Positions 1 through 8,528 of a stretch of DNA of 36,163 nt are shown here, one piece after another. The stretch is from the NCBI GenBank assembly GCA_964368345.1, contig CAYJBI010000002.1:1-36163 (forward strand), given 5' to 3'. This DNA comes from an uncultured Mariniplasma sp. Lineage in GTDB: Bacteria; Bacillota_I; Bacilli_A; Acholeplasmatales; Acholeplasmataceae. Below the pieces are notes generated by a model. The model did no database searches and was not told where the DNA came from. It saw only the letters and a program-made list of their open reading frames with translations. How positions within the stretch are numbered: the first letter of the stretch is position 1; each line of letters starts with the position of its first letter. The position numbers and the translations under genes were made by a program.

Positions 1-2
1 TT

Positions 3-341
3 CAAGATCGACTTGAAGTTAATAACGGCATGATATTTGAAAATATCGTTGCACAGATGTTTACTGCCTTAAATAAGAAATTATACTTCTACTCAAGAGC
101 GGATAATCAAGATCGGTCAAATACGATGGAAATAGATTTTCTAATCATAGATCAATCTAAACCAACTAAAATATCACCAGTTGAAGTTAAGTCTGGAAAA
201 AACTATACAACGTCTTCATTGGACAAGTTTAGTATCAAGTTCAAAGACAAGCTTGGCAAAAAGTACATTATTCATACAAAAGATTTAACACAAAAAGATG
301 AGGTTGTTTATTTGCCGGTTTATATGACGATGTTTTTGTAG
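3..341 (+). CDS. C-terminal end of AAA-family ATPase with DUF4143-like nuclease-fold tail (5' partial)
   Basis: Frame is open from the window edge (QDRLEVNNGMIFENIVAQM). Motifs FEN..AQ, LYFY, EIDF, PVEVKSG and YLPVY are typical of AAA_14+DUF4143 proteins. Confidence 0.75.
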   Translation, partial: QDRLEVNNGMIFENIVAQMFTALNKKLYFYSRADNQDRSNTMEIDFLIIDQSKPTKISPVEVKSGKNYTTSSLDKFSIKFKDKLGKKYIIHTKDLTQKDEVVYLPVYMTMFL

Positions 342-351
342 GGGTATTGTT

Positions 352-503
352 ATGGAATTTAGCCAAAATTTTAAAATAATCAAAGGAGACACACTTACGC
401 TAAAACTGATTGAAATTTGTGTTGCGATGATATAATTATTCCATTTTACTATTATGATATTTATTTAAACTCGATATCAAGTGCAATTGGTAAGATTAGT
501 TAA
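352..503 (+). pseudogene. Frameshifted, truncated GNAT-family acetyltransferase N-terminus
   Basis: ATG at 352 gives MEFSQNFKIIKGDTLTLKLIEICV, then continues in a shifted frame from ~426 as DDIIIPFYYYDIYLNSISSAIGKIS* (TAA 501-503). This resembles GNAT N-termini of the 'IPFYYYDI...IGKISIRIG' type. Confidence 0.55.
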
Positions 504-561
504 ACTACGAAATTCCATCAAAGCGTAAGAGTTGATCATTCATTAATAGGAGGAATAGACT

Positions 562-1017
562 ATGAAACCACATGAACTATGGTCGTTGTTCTCATCAGAT
601 CCATCCATTTCCTACGAAGCGTGGCAATTTGGTGAAGATCCAGATAAACTTGCTACACTTGTGTTAGAAGGAACCAAGAAAGCGACCACATCATTACATC
701 AACTTTATATCGAGACAGGTGAGAGTATCCCTCAAATAGATCAGTATAGTGTCATCATAAACTCTAGGGAAGAAGCTGTATGCATCATTCAAACAACGAA
801 TGTTCAAATTCTGCCATTCCATGATTTAACGGAAGAAATGGCTTTTATTGAAGGGGAAGGAGATAAATCTCTTAAATACTGGAAAGAAGTTCATTGGGAA
901 TTTTTTCGAAAAGAAGCTGCATCCATTGGAATAACTTTTACCAGCGATATGCTCATCATTTTCGAAACCTTCCAACTCGTGTTTCAACCACTCCAATGTC
1001 ATATTGACGGAAGGTAA
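562..1017 (+). CDS. ASCH domain protein
   Basis: SD AGGAGG upstream. WQFG...LATLVLEGTKKATTS and EGEGDKSLKYW..HWEFF are ASCH signatures. Confidence 0.9.
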   Translation: MKPHELWSLFSSDPSISYEAWQFGEDPDKLATLVLEGTKKATTSLHQLYIETGESIPQIDQYSVIINSREEAVCIIQTTNVQILPFHDLTEEMAFIEGEGDKSLKYWKEVHWEFFRKEAASIGITFTSDMLIIFETFQLVFQPLQCHIDGR

Positions 1018-1153
1018 TTTTAAATAAACAATCTGAGGAACAAAATTTCATCCAAAAGATGAAACGTTTATCATCGTAAAACAATTCATAGTTCAATCAA
1101 TAAAAAAATGTATAAAGAAAAGTCAGTAATTCTTGCTTAATGTGCCCACTTTA

Positions 1154-1183
1154 TTGACATAAAAATATACAATATGCTACTAT
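1154..1183 (+). promoter_or_regulatory. Sigma-A type promoter
   Basis: TTGACA (1154-1159), 18-nt spacer ending TGC, TACTAT (1178-1183). Confidence 0.5.
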
Positions 1184-1215
1184 CAATTTATAATTATTTA
1201 TTTTATGGGGATACA

Positions 1216-1535
1216 ATGAACAAACAGAAAAAAAGTATATATTCATTGGTTTGGTTTTTATCGCCTATTTTCTTTTCTTTTCTTTCAATCAGTTTTATGT
1301 TTTTTTCTATTTTAATAGTGCACTCATAGGGATATTGGTAATGAAAAAACTTGATAATGTTCAATCATATAATTTTAGATATATGATTTCATTATTAATA
1401 GTCATCAATTTCTCTCTAATTATTTCAGTTATTGGGGATTATCCTTTTAAAGGATTATTACCAATCATTTATTTACCATTTGGTTTATCGTACTTATCAG
1501 GATATCTCTATTTTTTATTTAAAGGCACTTATTGA
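1216..1535 (+). pseudogene. Small multi-TM membrane protein, apparently frameshifted in an A7 run
   Basis: GGGG-SD and ATG at 1216 (MNKQKK) are out of frame with the hydrophobic ORF ending at 1535. One more A in the run at 1228-1234 would join them (MNKQKKKYIFIGLVFIAYF...). Confidence 0.45.
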
Positions 1536-1580
1536 TTGCATTAAAGTTTTCTATTTTTCTTTTTCAAAATGAAACAAATT

Positions 1581-1626
1581 AAACGACCACGAAAATTCTT
1601 ATTGCTTTTCAAAGGGTCGTTTTTTT
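1581..1626 (+). terminator. Probable intrinsic terminator
   Basis: AAACGACC...GGTCGTTT inverted repeat followed by a T run. Confidence 0.45.
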
Positions 1627-2232
1627 GTTATTCTCGTATGAATCAATCATCCTTCATAGATAATACTTAATTGGGCAGATTATGAATCAATTGTAAATAT
1701 CAAAATAACAGATTAAAGAGGTTTTAACACGACTAATCCAGCATGATATTTAGATGACTTGTAAATGGACTAACGAGTAATCATTATATAGCTTTTTATA
1801 GGAGTCATATGATGATTGGTGTTAATGTCGATATTATTAATTGTTGTATCGAAAAGGGCGAATACTCACTATTCAAGAGGGAAAACGAGTATTATAAAGA
1901 ATGTAAAAACATTCATTAAAGGGTATAATAAAGCTTAATTAGTAGTTCTGGTATTTTATGGATTATTTAAATGTACTAGATCAAAAATTAAGAAATTCAT
2001 ATATAAATTTTGGGTTTAAAATGTCTTATACAACTGTTGCACGTCTGGTAACATCAAAAACAGCATTTTTGAGTTCATAGAAATACAGGCACTTTATTTT
2101 TTTGATTGATCAATTAGTTAATTTACAAGGTTAACTGTGTTCATAGTTTTATTTGGAATGCCTTTAATTATTAGTTTGACACCATAGAATCCAAATCAAT
2201 TGATCCATAGAATATTTCTAAGAGGTTATTTA

Positions 2233-2961
2233 GTGAGAAAAAATCAATCAACAATTATGGTTTTATTCATCTTTTTGATGATAATTATCTATTCTGATTT
2301 GATGATCTTTCATCAGTTTTTTTCTACTAAAATTCTACAATACACAGCCGTCTTGGTATGTTTTATGATGACATTAATTTTACCTAATCGTACATTAGAT
2401 TGGTTATTCGTTACAACTGCTTTACTCTTTACAGTGATTTCTGATACATTTCTAGTTCTTCTTGAAGGTTATCAATTAATCGCTGTCATCTCATTTTGTG
2501 TTGTTCAATTACTTTATGCCATTCGTCTTTGGTATAGCGATCAATATCGTTTTACCCATAACGTTATATTCAGAATCATATTTCTAGTATTGATGGAAAT
2601 ACTTGCATATGCAGTTCTTAAAGAGAAATACGATTTTCTTATTCTTATAACAATTTTTTATCTATCGCTTTTAATTGGAAATATCGTACATGCAATAACT
2701 TTTAAAAAAGAACAAGCACTCTTTTTAGTTGCTTTAATTCTATTCTTATTGTGTGATCTTGTTGTTGGGCTATCAGTAAGTGATAACTATCTTTCGATAT
2801 CTTCTTACGCAATCATTGGTAGAATACTTGATATACCTATTAATCTCGCGTGGTTTTTCTATTTACCATCACAAGTTTTAATTGTTCTAAGCGTTTATCT
2901 AAGACCAAGAAGAGGGTTGAAAAATAAAAATGATCTTATATATCATGTTAAAACTTTTTAA
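2233..2961 (+). CDS. YhhN/lysoplasmalogenase-like polytopic membrane protein
   Basis: GAGGT SD before GTG 2233. Multiple TM segments with ISDTFL, FCVVQLLY, LLCDLVVG and WFFYLPSQ motifs. Confidence 0.6.
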   Translation: MRKNQSTIMVLFIFLMIIIYSDLMIFHQFFSTKILQYTAVLVCFMMTLILPNRTLDWLFVTTALLFTVISDTFLVLLEGYQLIAVISFCVVQLLYAIRLWYSDQYRFTHNVIFRIIFLVLMEILAYAVLKEKYDFLILITIFYLSLLIGNIVHAITFKKEQALFLVALILFLLCDLVVGLSVSDNYLSISSYAIIGRILDIPINLAWFFYLPSQVLIVLSVYLRPRRGLKNKNDLIYHVKTF

Positions 2962-3044
2962 ATAATTAATCACTTTTTATAAAATGTTTAACAAAAACCT
3001 CATGATGAGTTAAAATAGATATGCTTAGAAAGGTATAAACATAT

Positions 3045-3911
3045 ATGAGTATCATTGATGAGTATCAAAGATTCATAAAAAAATATCCGAAAAGTACATT
3101 TCACTATCGTGGTGATGTTTTAGGTTATCGCCTTTTTGGTTCTGGTGAAAAACTCATTGTACTCTTAATTGGAAACAGTATGTTTGCAAGCGATGCTTAT
3201 TTTAAACTTCAAGAAGAACTATCTAAATATGCACAAATACTCACAATAGAAGATATGACAATGAAAATCTCAATCGATCGTATTACTGATTGTTTGTCTT
3301 TTTTAATCAAATTGTTACAGTTTAAAAAAGTGACGCTACTCGGTATGAGTCATGGTGGTGGTATCGCACAAGCTTTTGCAAGAGACCACGCGAGTCAAAC
3401 CGAAAATATTATTTTATATAACACACTAACAAAACCAAAAAAACATAGTGATGTATCAAAAACCATCATTGAAGGAGTTCTAAAATCCATTGATGAGTTG
3501 AAGGAATTAAGAAAAATACTTCCACTTAATTCAATTAAGCTAACACTGCTTAATCAAATTAGAGAAGCATTATCATCTGATGATGATTACGAACTTTTTG
3601 AGCTTTTAGTGAGCAAATACACAGAAACAAATGAGAAACAACAGATGGATATTATCAAAGACCTTCTTAGCAATTATGCGTTTGACAAATCTGATTTTAA
3701 ATACCTTAACTATCGTTCACTTATATTTTATGGCTATGATGATGACCCACTTGGAGGTAGTGATTTAATCGAATCCCTGGTGGATGTCATGACAAATCCA
3801 GTTTTGAAGTTCATAGATACAGATAGATTCCAATTAATACTAGATCCTTTACTCATGGTTGACGCTGTTATCGAATTCATGAAATTCAAACAACAAAAAA
3901 GCGCTTTATAA
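3045..3911 (+). CDS. Alpha/beta hydrolase fold protein
   Basis: Nucleophile elbow GMSHGG, N-terminal GSGEK.IVLL.G, and YG.DD acid region. Confidence 0.75.
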   Translation: MSIIDEYQRFIKKYPKSTFHYRGDVLGYRLFGSGEKLIVLLIGNSMFASDAYFKLQEELSKYAQILTIEDMTMKISIDRITDCLSFLIKLLQFKKVTLLGMSHGGGIAQAFARDHASQTENIILYNTLTKPKKHSDVSKTIIEGVLKSIDELKELRKILPLNSIKLTLLNQIREALSSDDDYELFELLVSKYTETNEKQQMDIIKDLLSNYAFDKSDFKYLNYRSLIFYGYDDDPLGGSDLIESLVDVMTNPVLKFIDTDRFQLILDPLLMVDAVIEFMKFKQQKSAL

Positions 3912-3920
3912 AGCGCTTTT
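3897..3920. terminator. Perfect 24-bp palindrome, likely bidirectional terminator overlapping two stop codons
   Basis: AAAAGCGCTTTATAAAGCGCTTTT equals its own reverse complement. The convergent stops lie within 3906-3911. Confidence 0.6.
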
Positions 3921-5159
3921 AATGACTATATATGATTTGTATAGTATAGCTTGATCAGGTGTTAATATAGTCTTTACCAATGTACCATCATCCTCATATT
4001 TTGTTTCAAGGATGGTGTTATTTTCTTTAAGTTTATTATAGATGTTTCCTTGATCAAATGGAATTTTCAAGATATGAATCAGACTTGATTTATAGATATG
4101 CCCATAAATAGCTTGTATGACTTGATCAATATTTTTCCCGGTTCGATTCGATATAAAGATATAATCTTCTTGAAGAGGTGGTGTCGTTAATGATATCTCT
4201 TCTTTTGTTAATATAAGAATACGTTCAATATGATCGGCATGAATCGATTTTAAAACGTCTTTAGTTGTATCAATTTGTTTTTGATCAAAATAACAACCAT
4301 CAACAACATGAAGTAATAAATCTGCATTGATGACATCACTTAATGTGGATTCAAAACTTCTGATAAGTTCATGAGGAAGTTTTGATATAAATCCAACTGT
4401 ATCAATCAAAATAAAAGGTGGATTATTATCTTTTTGTAGTCTTTTGGCTTTTGTGTCTAAAGTAGCAAACAACATATCTTTTTCAAATACAGGTTCAGAA
4501 GGATGATTCAAATGTTTTGATAAAGAATTCATAAGAGATGATTTTCCTGCATTCGTATAACCTACAAGTGCAACAACTGGAATCCGATTTTTTGCTCTTT
4601 GCTTTCTAGAAACGTTTTTTTCTTCTTTAATCTTTTCAAGTTCACGTTTAATGAATGTGATTTCCTGTGATAATCTTCTACGATCTAATTCAAGTTTTGT
4701 TTCACCAGGGCCTTTAGCATTATAGGATCCACCACCTTGTCTTGATAATGAATTACTCATGCCAATAAGCCGTGGTAATAAATAAAGTTTTTGAGCTAAC
4801 GCAACCTCTAATACAGCCTCTTTAGACTGTGCTCTTTCTGCGAATATCGATAAAATAAGAAAACTTCTATCAATCACTTGAACATCTAAGTCTTTTTCTA
4901 GATTCTTTAATTGTGCAGGAGACAATGTATCATCGAATATGACAATATCAATATCAAGAACATCAATCATTTGTTTGACTTCTTGAACCTTACCACTACC
5001 AATATAACTTCTAGGTATAATTTCTTTAGCGTTTTGAACAATTTTGTCTTTCGTTTTAATGTTGAGCGCAAGTGCTAAATGCTCGAGTTCAACAAGTGAA
5101 TTCATCGTATCTTCATACGATTGTTTGTAGGCTAAACCTACTAATAATGCTTGATCCAT
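3906..5159 (-). CDS. hflX: Ribosome-splitting GTPase HflX (possibly HflXr-like)
   Basis: GSGK, LSPAQ.KNLE, GPGETKLELDRR, G1 GYTNAGKS, FATLD and DTVGF motifs. Real start is probably ATG 5159 (MDQALL) after SD AAAGAGGT. Confidence 0.95.
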   Translation of the reverse strand: MDQALLVGLAYKQSYEDTMNSLVELEHLALALNIKTKDKIVQNAKEIIPRSYIGSGKVQEVKQMIDVLDIDIVIFDDTLSPAQLKNLEKDLDVQVIDRSFLILSIFAERAQSKEAVLEVALAQKLYLLPRLIGMSNSLSRQGGGSYNAKGPGETKLELDRRRLSQEITFIKRELEKIKEEKNVSRKQRAKNRIPVVALVGYTNAGKSSLMNSLSKHLNHPSEPVFEKDMLFATLDTKAKRLQKDNNPPFILIDTVGFISKLPHELIRSFESTLSDVINADLLLHVVDGCYFDQKQIDTTKDVLKSIHADHIERILILTKEEISLTTPPLQEDYIFISNRTGKNIDQVIQAIYGHIYKSSLIHILKIPFDQGNIYNKLKENNTILETKYEDDGTLVKTILTPDQAILYKSYIVIKSAL

Positions 5160-5380
5160 AAATACCTCTTTCTTTTTATAAGACTGCTTAAAATAGTGCA
5201 CATGAATAATAAGTGCAGTCTAACTGTCAAAATGACCAAGAAAGCCTAGGATCAAGGAAAATATACGTCTTTTGATGAGAAAACGTGGTATCCGTGACCT
5301 AAGGCGAATTAGCGTAACACGCTAGAAGTAAGTGTATTGTACATGTCGATACCTCCTAAAGCTTGTGATTTGCTCACTAT
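5160..5380 (-). promoter_or_regulatory. Structured 5' leader / attenuator of hflX
   Basis: About 220-nt leader with a uORF, a long hairpin (5244-5305) followed by UUUCUU, a second hairpin (5181-5221), and CUUUCUU complementary to AAGAAAG at the hflX SD. Confidence 0.65.
5309..5344 (-). CDS. Putative hflX leader peptide MYNTLTSSVLR (11 aa)
   Basis: Perfect SD AGGAGGT (5357-5351), 6-nt spacer, then ATG TAC AAT ACA CTT ACT TCT AGC GTG TTA CGC TAA. Confidence 0.7.
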   Translation of the reverse strand: MYNTLTSSVLR

Positions 5381-5384
5381 TCCT

Positions 5385-5413
5385 ATTATATTAGTTTTAC
5401 ATAAGTTCTGCAA
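5385..5413 (-). promoter_or_regulatory. Sigma-A promoter for the leader-hflX transcript
   Basis: TTGCAG (5413-5408), 17 nt, TATAAT (5390-5385) on the minus strand. Confidence 0.7.
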
Positions 5414-5452
5414 TCAAACATGATATTTTCTCAATGACAGTATCGTTTGATA

Positions 5453-5461
5453 TGATATAAT
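5453..5461 (+). promoter_or_regulatory. Extended -10 promoter of the cdaA operon
   Basis: TGATATAAT upstream of SD AAAGGAG and ATG 5489. Confidence 0.55.
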
Positions 5462-5488
5462 AGATATAGTTCAAAGGAGTGCGATGCT

Positions 5489-6235
5489 ATGTTGTTCGGG
5501 GTTCCTATTTGGAAAGTACTTGTTGATGCCTATTTTGTATGGGTACTCGTCGTTTTTCTAGTTAAATTTCTCTTGTCAAATAAACGTATGCTATCGATTG
5601 CATCGTCGTTTATACTTATTTATGTATTAGCTCTTGTTGCTAATTATTTTGAACTTTTAATCAGTTCTAAGGTTTTAGGATATCTTACAGAATGGTTACC
5701 CATTTTAATGATTGTTATCATGGCTCCAGATATAAGAAGATCCTTAGAGTTTGTTTGGAAAGCTGATTCAAGAAATGAAAATGTTGTGATGGGTAGCGAA
5801 AGAACGAAACAAGCGATTGTTGATGCATCAATGTATTTATCAAGTCAACAAATTGGTGCGTTAATGACGATTGAAAAACATAATACGCTTGACCAATATG
5901 CTGAACGTGCAATTATGATGAATAGTGAAGTCTCAAAAGAAGTTTTAATAAACATCTTTACACCGAATACACCACTTCATGATGGCGCAGTCATTATTCG
6001 TGGAGATTCAATATTATGTGCTGGAGCTTACTTTGTTTTATCAGATAATCAAAACTTTGAAAAAACAACAGGATCAAGACATCGTGCGGGTCTTGGTATT
6101 AGTGAAATTACAGATAGTTTAACAATCATTGTATCAGAAGAAACGGGTAGTGTTTCTATAGCAGTTGAAGGTATAATGCTTAAGATTAATGATCGAGACA
6201 AATTGATGGAATACATCAATATGTTTATGAAATGA
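5489..6235 (+). CDS. cdaA: Membrane diadenylate cyclase CdaA (DacA)
   Basis: Three N-terminal TM helices followed by a DAC domain with IFTPNTPLHDGA, GSRHRAG and VSEETG. Confidence 0.92.
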   Translation: MLFGVPIWKVLVDAYFVWVLVVFLVKFLLSNKRMLSIASSFILIYVLALVANYFELLISSKVLGYLTEWLPILMIVIMAPDIRRSLEFVWKADSRNENVVMGSERTKQAIVDASMYLSSQQIGALMTIEKHNTLDQYAERAIMMNSEVSKEVLINIFTPNTPLHDGAVIIRGDSILCAGAYFVLSDNQNFEKTTGSRHRAGLGISEITDSLTIIVSEETGSVSIAVEGIMLKINDRDKLMEYINMFMK

Positions 6236-6245
6236 GGCGAACAAG

Positions 6246-6428
6246 ATGAAACTATTAAAAAAAATATTAACGTTTATCTTCGAACCTCTAAAAGCTTTTG
6301 CTAATCGTAATTTAGCAGAAAAAACATCCAATTATTTTAATAAGAACAAATGGATGATCTATGTTTTATCGTTTGTATTAACAGCACTTATCTTATTTAT
6401 CACATACGCTTTGAAAATATCTTGGTGA
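6246..6428 (+). CDS. Small single-TM membrane protein (60 aa)
   Basis: GAGG SD, basic N-terminus and C-terminal hydrophobic helix. Packed between cdaA and the next gene. Confidence 0.65.
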   Translation: MKLLKKILTFIFEPLKAFANRNLAEKTSNYFNKNKWMIYVLSFVLTALILFITYALKISW

Positions 6429-6432
6429 TTTT

Positions 6433-8010
6433 ATGCTACAACATCCTATTTACCCTCTAATTATCACTGTTTTTACATTATTCATGGTGATCATTCAGAG
6501 TATACAATCAGAGAAAGTCCTTAAAAACCGACTTGTCATCGGTTTTTTGAACATGGCAATTGCAGTCATGGTGCTTGTTATTTATCGAACCATGATTCTT
6601 GGAAACACCCTCTATGAAGAAATCTATATTGGGTATAATTTCTTTGTTTATGCTTTCTTTGTTTTAATTCTTTATTCAACATTCAAAACAGCTATATTAA
6701 AAGCAAATCATTATCAACTCTTTGTCAAATCAATTAAAAATTCAAGATGGAACACCTATTATGTTGTTGATGGTAGAGAAAGAATTAAAGATATGTCTTC
6801 AAGTCTTCTAAAAGAAATAGGATTTGAAAAGGAAGAAATTATTGGCAAAAAATTATTTAGTATTCTTAATAAAACCATACGTTTTCAAAAACTAAATACA
6901 CAAGAAGTGAACAATCGACAACTTGAAAGTTATTACATCAGTTACAAAGAAAGAGCAAAACAAGGTGATTTTGAAGTTGAGGAGTTAACTTTCTTAAACG
7001 TTGATGGAAACCCCGTGATTCTTCACATGGTGATGCAGCCAGTTTATGCTCTTGGTAAATATAAGGGAAGAATTTGTGTTGGTGAGAAAAAATCAAATTT
7101 TGATATGCTCGCTGTAGAAAAAGAACTCCAAGAAAGAAATCTAGAGCTAGAAAGCATTAGACATAAGTTTATTGCTACCCTTGAAATTTCCGAAGAAGGA
7201 CTCTTTTATATTGACCTTGATGAACGTATTATTTGGGCATCTGATAAACTTGTAGAATACTTAGATCTTCCAGGAAACACCCTTGATTTAACAGATTTTA
7301 GACGCATGATTGAACCAGAAGATTTAAAGAAGTATTTAGCATTACTAGGCGATTTAACCATTAATAAAAAACAGTATTCAACATCATATCGCATCATGAT
7401 TAATGGTAGATACACATGGTTTAAAGAAAAAGGAAAAAGACTTTTTGAAGATACACATGCTGCTGTTATTATGGGAACACTTAATCCTATGAAAACAAAA
7501 CATTATATTTCAAGTAACATTGATGAGCTTGATCGTTTGAAAGATGATCATGAACTTATGGTTTCGATGAATAAGTTATTTAGAGATAGTCGGTACTTCC
7601 AATTGGTTGTTTTTAAATTAAAAAATATTCCTAAGATTAATGAAACACATGGTCGTGAAGTTGGTAATATGCTTATGGCTGAATATATAAAGAAAATGAG
7701 AATGTCATTTGTTACTGAAAGTGGAGATATATTTAGACTTTCAGGTATCGAGTTTGCAGTTACCATTACTGATCCTAGAAAAATAGATATTTTACAAAAT
7801 GGTATTAAATCAAATAAAACATTTTTAAATCTTGTCATGCAATACGGCTCTTTATCTGTTGAACTTGAAGTCTTTGCAGGAATTGCAATTGGTGGAAGTG
7901 ATGCTCATGATGAACATAAACTTTATCAAGCATGTGCTCAAGCTTTAAAAATTGCAGAAAACCCACAGTTTTCTTCCCATGGTTGTTATTACAAGGATAT
8001 TACCTCATGA
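6433..8010 (+). CDS. Membrane protein with PAS-like domains and a degenerate GGDEF domain
   Basis: Three TM helices; PAS-like segments (GFEKEEIIGKK; IEPEDLKKY..YRIMINGRYTW); a coiled coil; C-terminal KINETHGREVGN...IFRLSGIEF. Confidence 0.75.
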   Translation: MLQHPIYPLIITVFTLFMVIIQSIQSEKVLKNRLVIGFLNMAIAVMVLVIYRTMILGNTLYEEIYIGYNFFVYAFFVLILYSTFKTAILKANHYQLFVKSIKNSRWNTYYVVDGRERIKDMSSSLLKEIGFEKEEIIGKKLFSILNKTIRFQKLNTQEVNNRQLESYYISYKERAKQGDFEVEELTFLNVDGNPVILHMVMQPVYALGKYKGRICVGEKKSNFDMLAVEKELQERNLELESIRHKFIATLEISEEGLFYIDLDERIIWASDKLVEYLDLPGNTLDLTDFRRMIEPEDLKKYLALLGDLTINKKQYSTSYRIMINGRYTWFKEKGKRLFEDTHAAVIMGTLNPMKTKHYISSNIDELDRLKDDHELMVSMNKLFRDSRYFQLVVFKLKNIPKINETHGREVGNMLMAEYIKKMRMSFVTESGDIFRLSGIEFAVTITDPRKIDILQNGIKSNKTFLNLVMQYGSLSVELEVFAGIAIGGSDAHDEHKLYQACAQALKIAENPQFSSHGCYYKDITS

Positions 8011-8525
8011 CAAAATCAGAGTTAAGACAACACATGATCAAAGAAAGACTTAATCTTTCAGATGAATTGATTCAGATCAAATCAAAGACCATTATTAGTC
8101 GTATTCGTATGGATCAACGATACAAAAAAGCAAATACGGTTGCTTTATTTTATCCGATGAAAAAAGAAGTTCATTTATTAGAACTCCTACAGGATTCAAA
8201 AACATTTCTTTTTCCGCGTGTTGAAAAGGATGGCATTCACTTTTATCCTGCAGATTTAACTACTGATTTTATCAAATCGCCATTTGGTGTGATGGAACCT
8301 AAAAAAACGATTCACATGGATGAATCGATTGAATATATGTTAGTACCTGCACTTGCGATATCTAGTGATTACTATCGTATTGGATATGGTAGGGCGTATT
8401 ATGATCGTTTTCTTATAAAACATAGACCACAAACTGTTGTGGGTGTCATTTTTGATTTTCAAAAAATATCTTCTTTTCAGCATGATGATCATGACCAAAA
8501 AGTCGATGATGTGATTGAGGGATAA
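8007..8525 (+). CDS. 5-formyltetrahydrofolate cyclo-ligase
   Basis: MTKSELR start overlapping the upstream stop (ATGA). FGVMEP, LVPALA and RIGYGRAYYDRFL motifs. Confidence 0.9.
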   Translation: MTKSELRQHMIKERLNLSDELIQIKSKTIISRIRMDQRYKKANTVALFYPMKKEVHLLELLQDSKTFLFPRVEKDGIHFYPADLTTDFIKSPFGVMEPKKTIHMDESIEYMLVPALAISSDYYRIGYGRAYYDRFLIKHRPQTVVGVIFDFQKISSFQHDDHDQKVDDVIEG

Positions 8526-8528
8526 TGT

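Noticed and set aside
5160-5201. N-terminal extension of hflX from GTG 5201
   Set aside because: The SD and family N-terminus point to ATG 5159. The extension lies in the leader hairpin.
7932-8006. N-terminal extension of the 5-formyl-THF cyclo-ligase
   Set aside because: It overlaps the upstream gene. The canonical MTKSELR start at 8007 forms an ATGA overlap.
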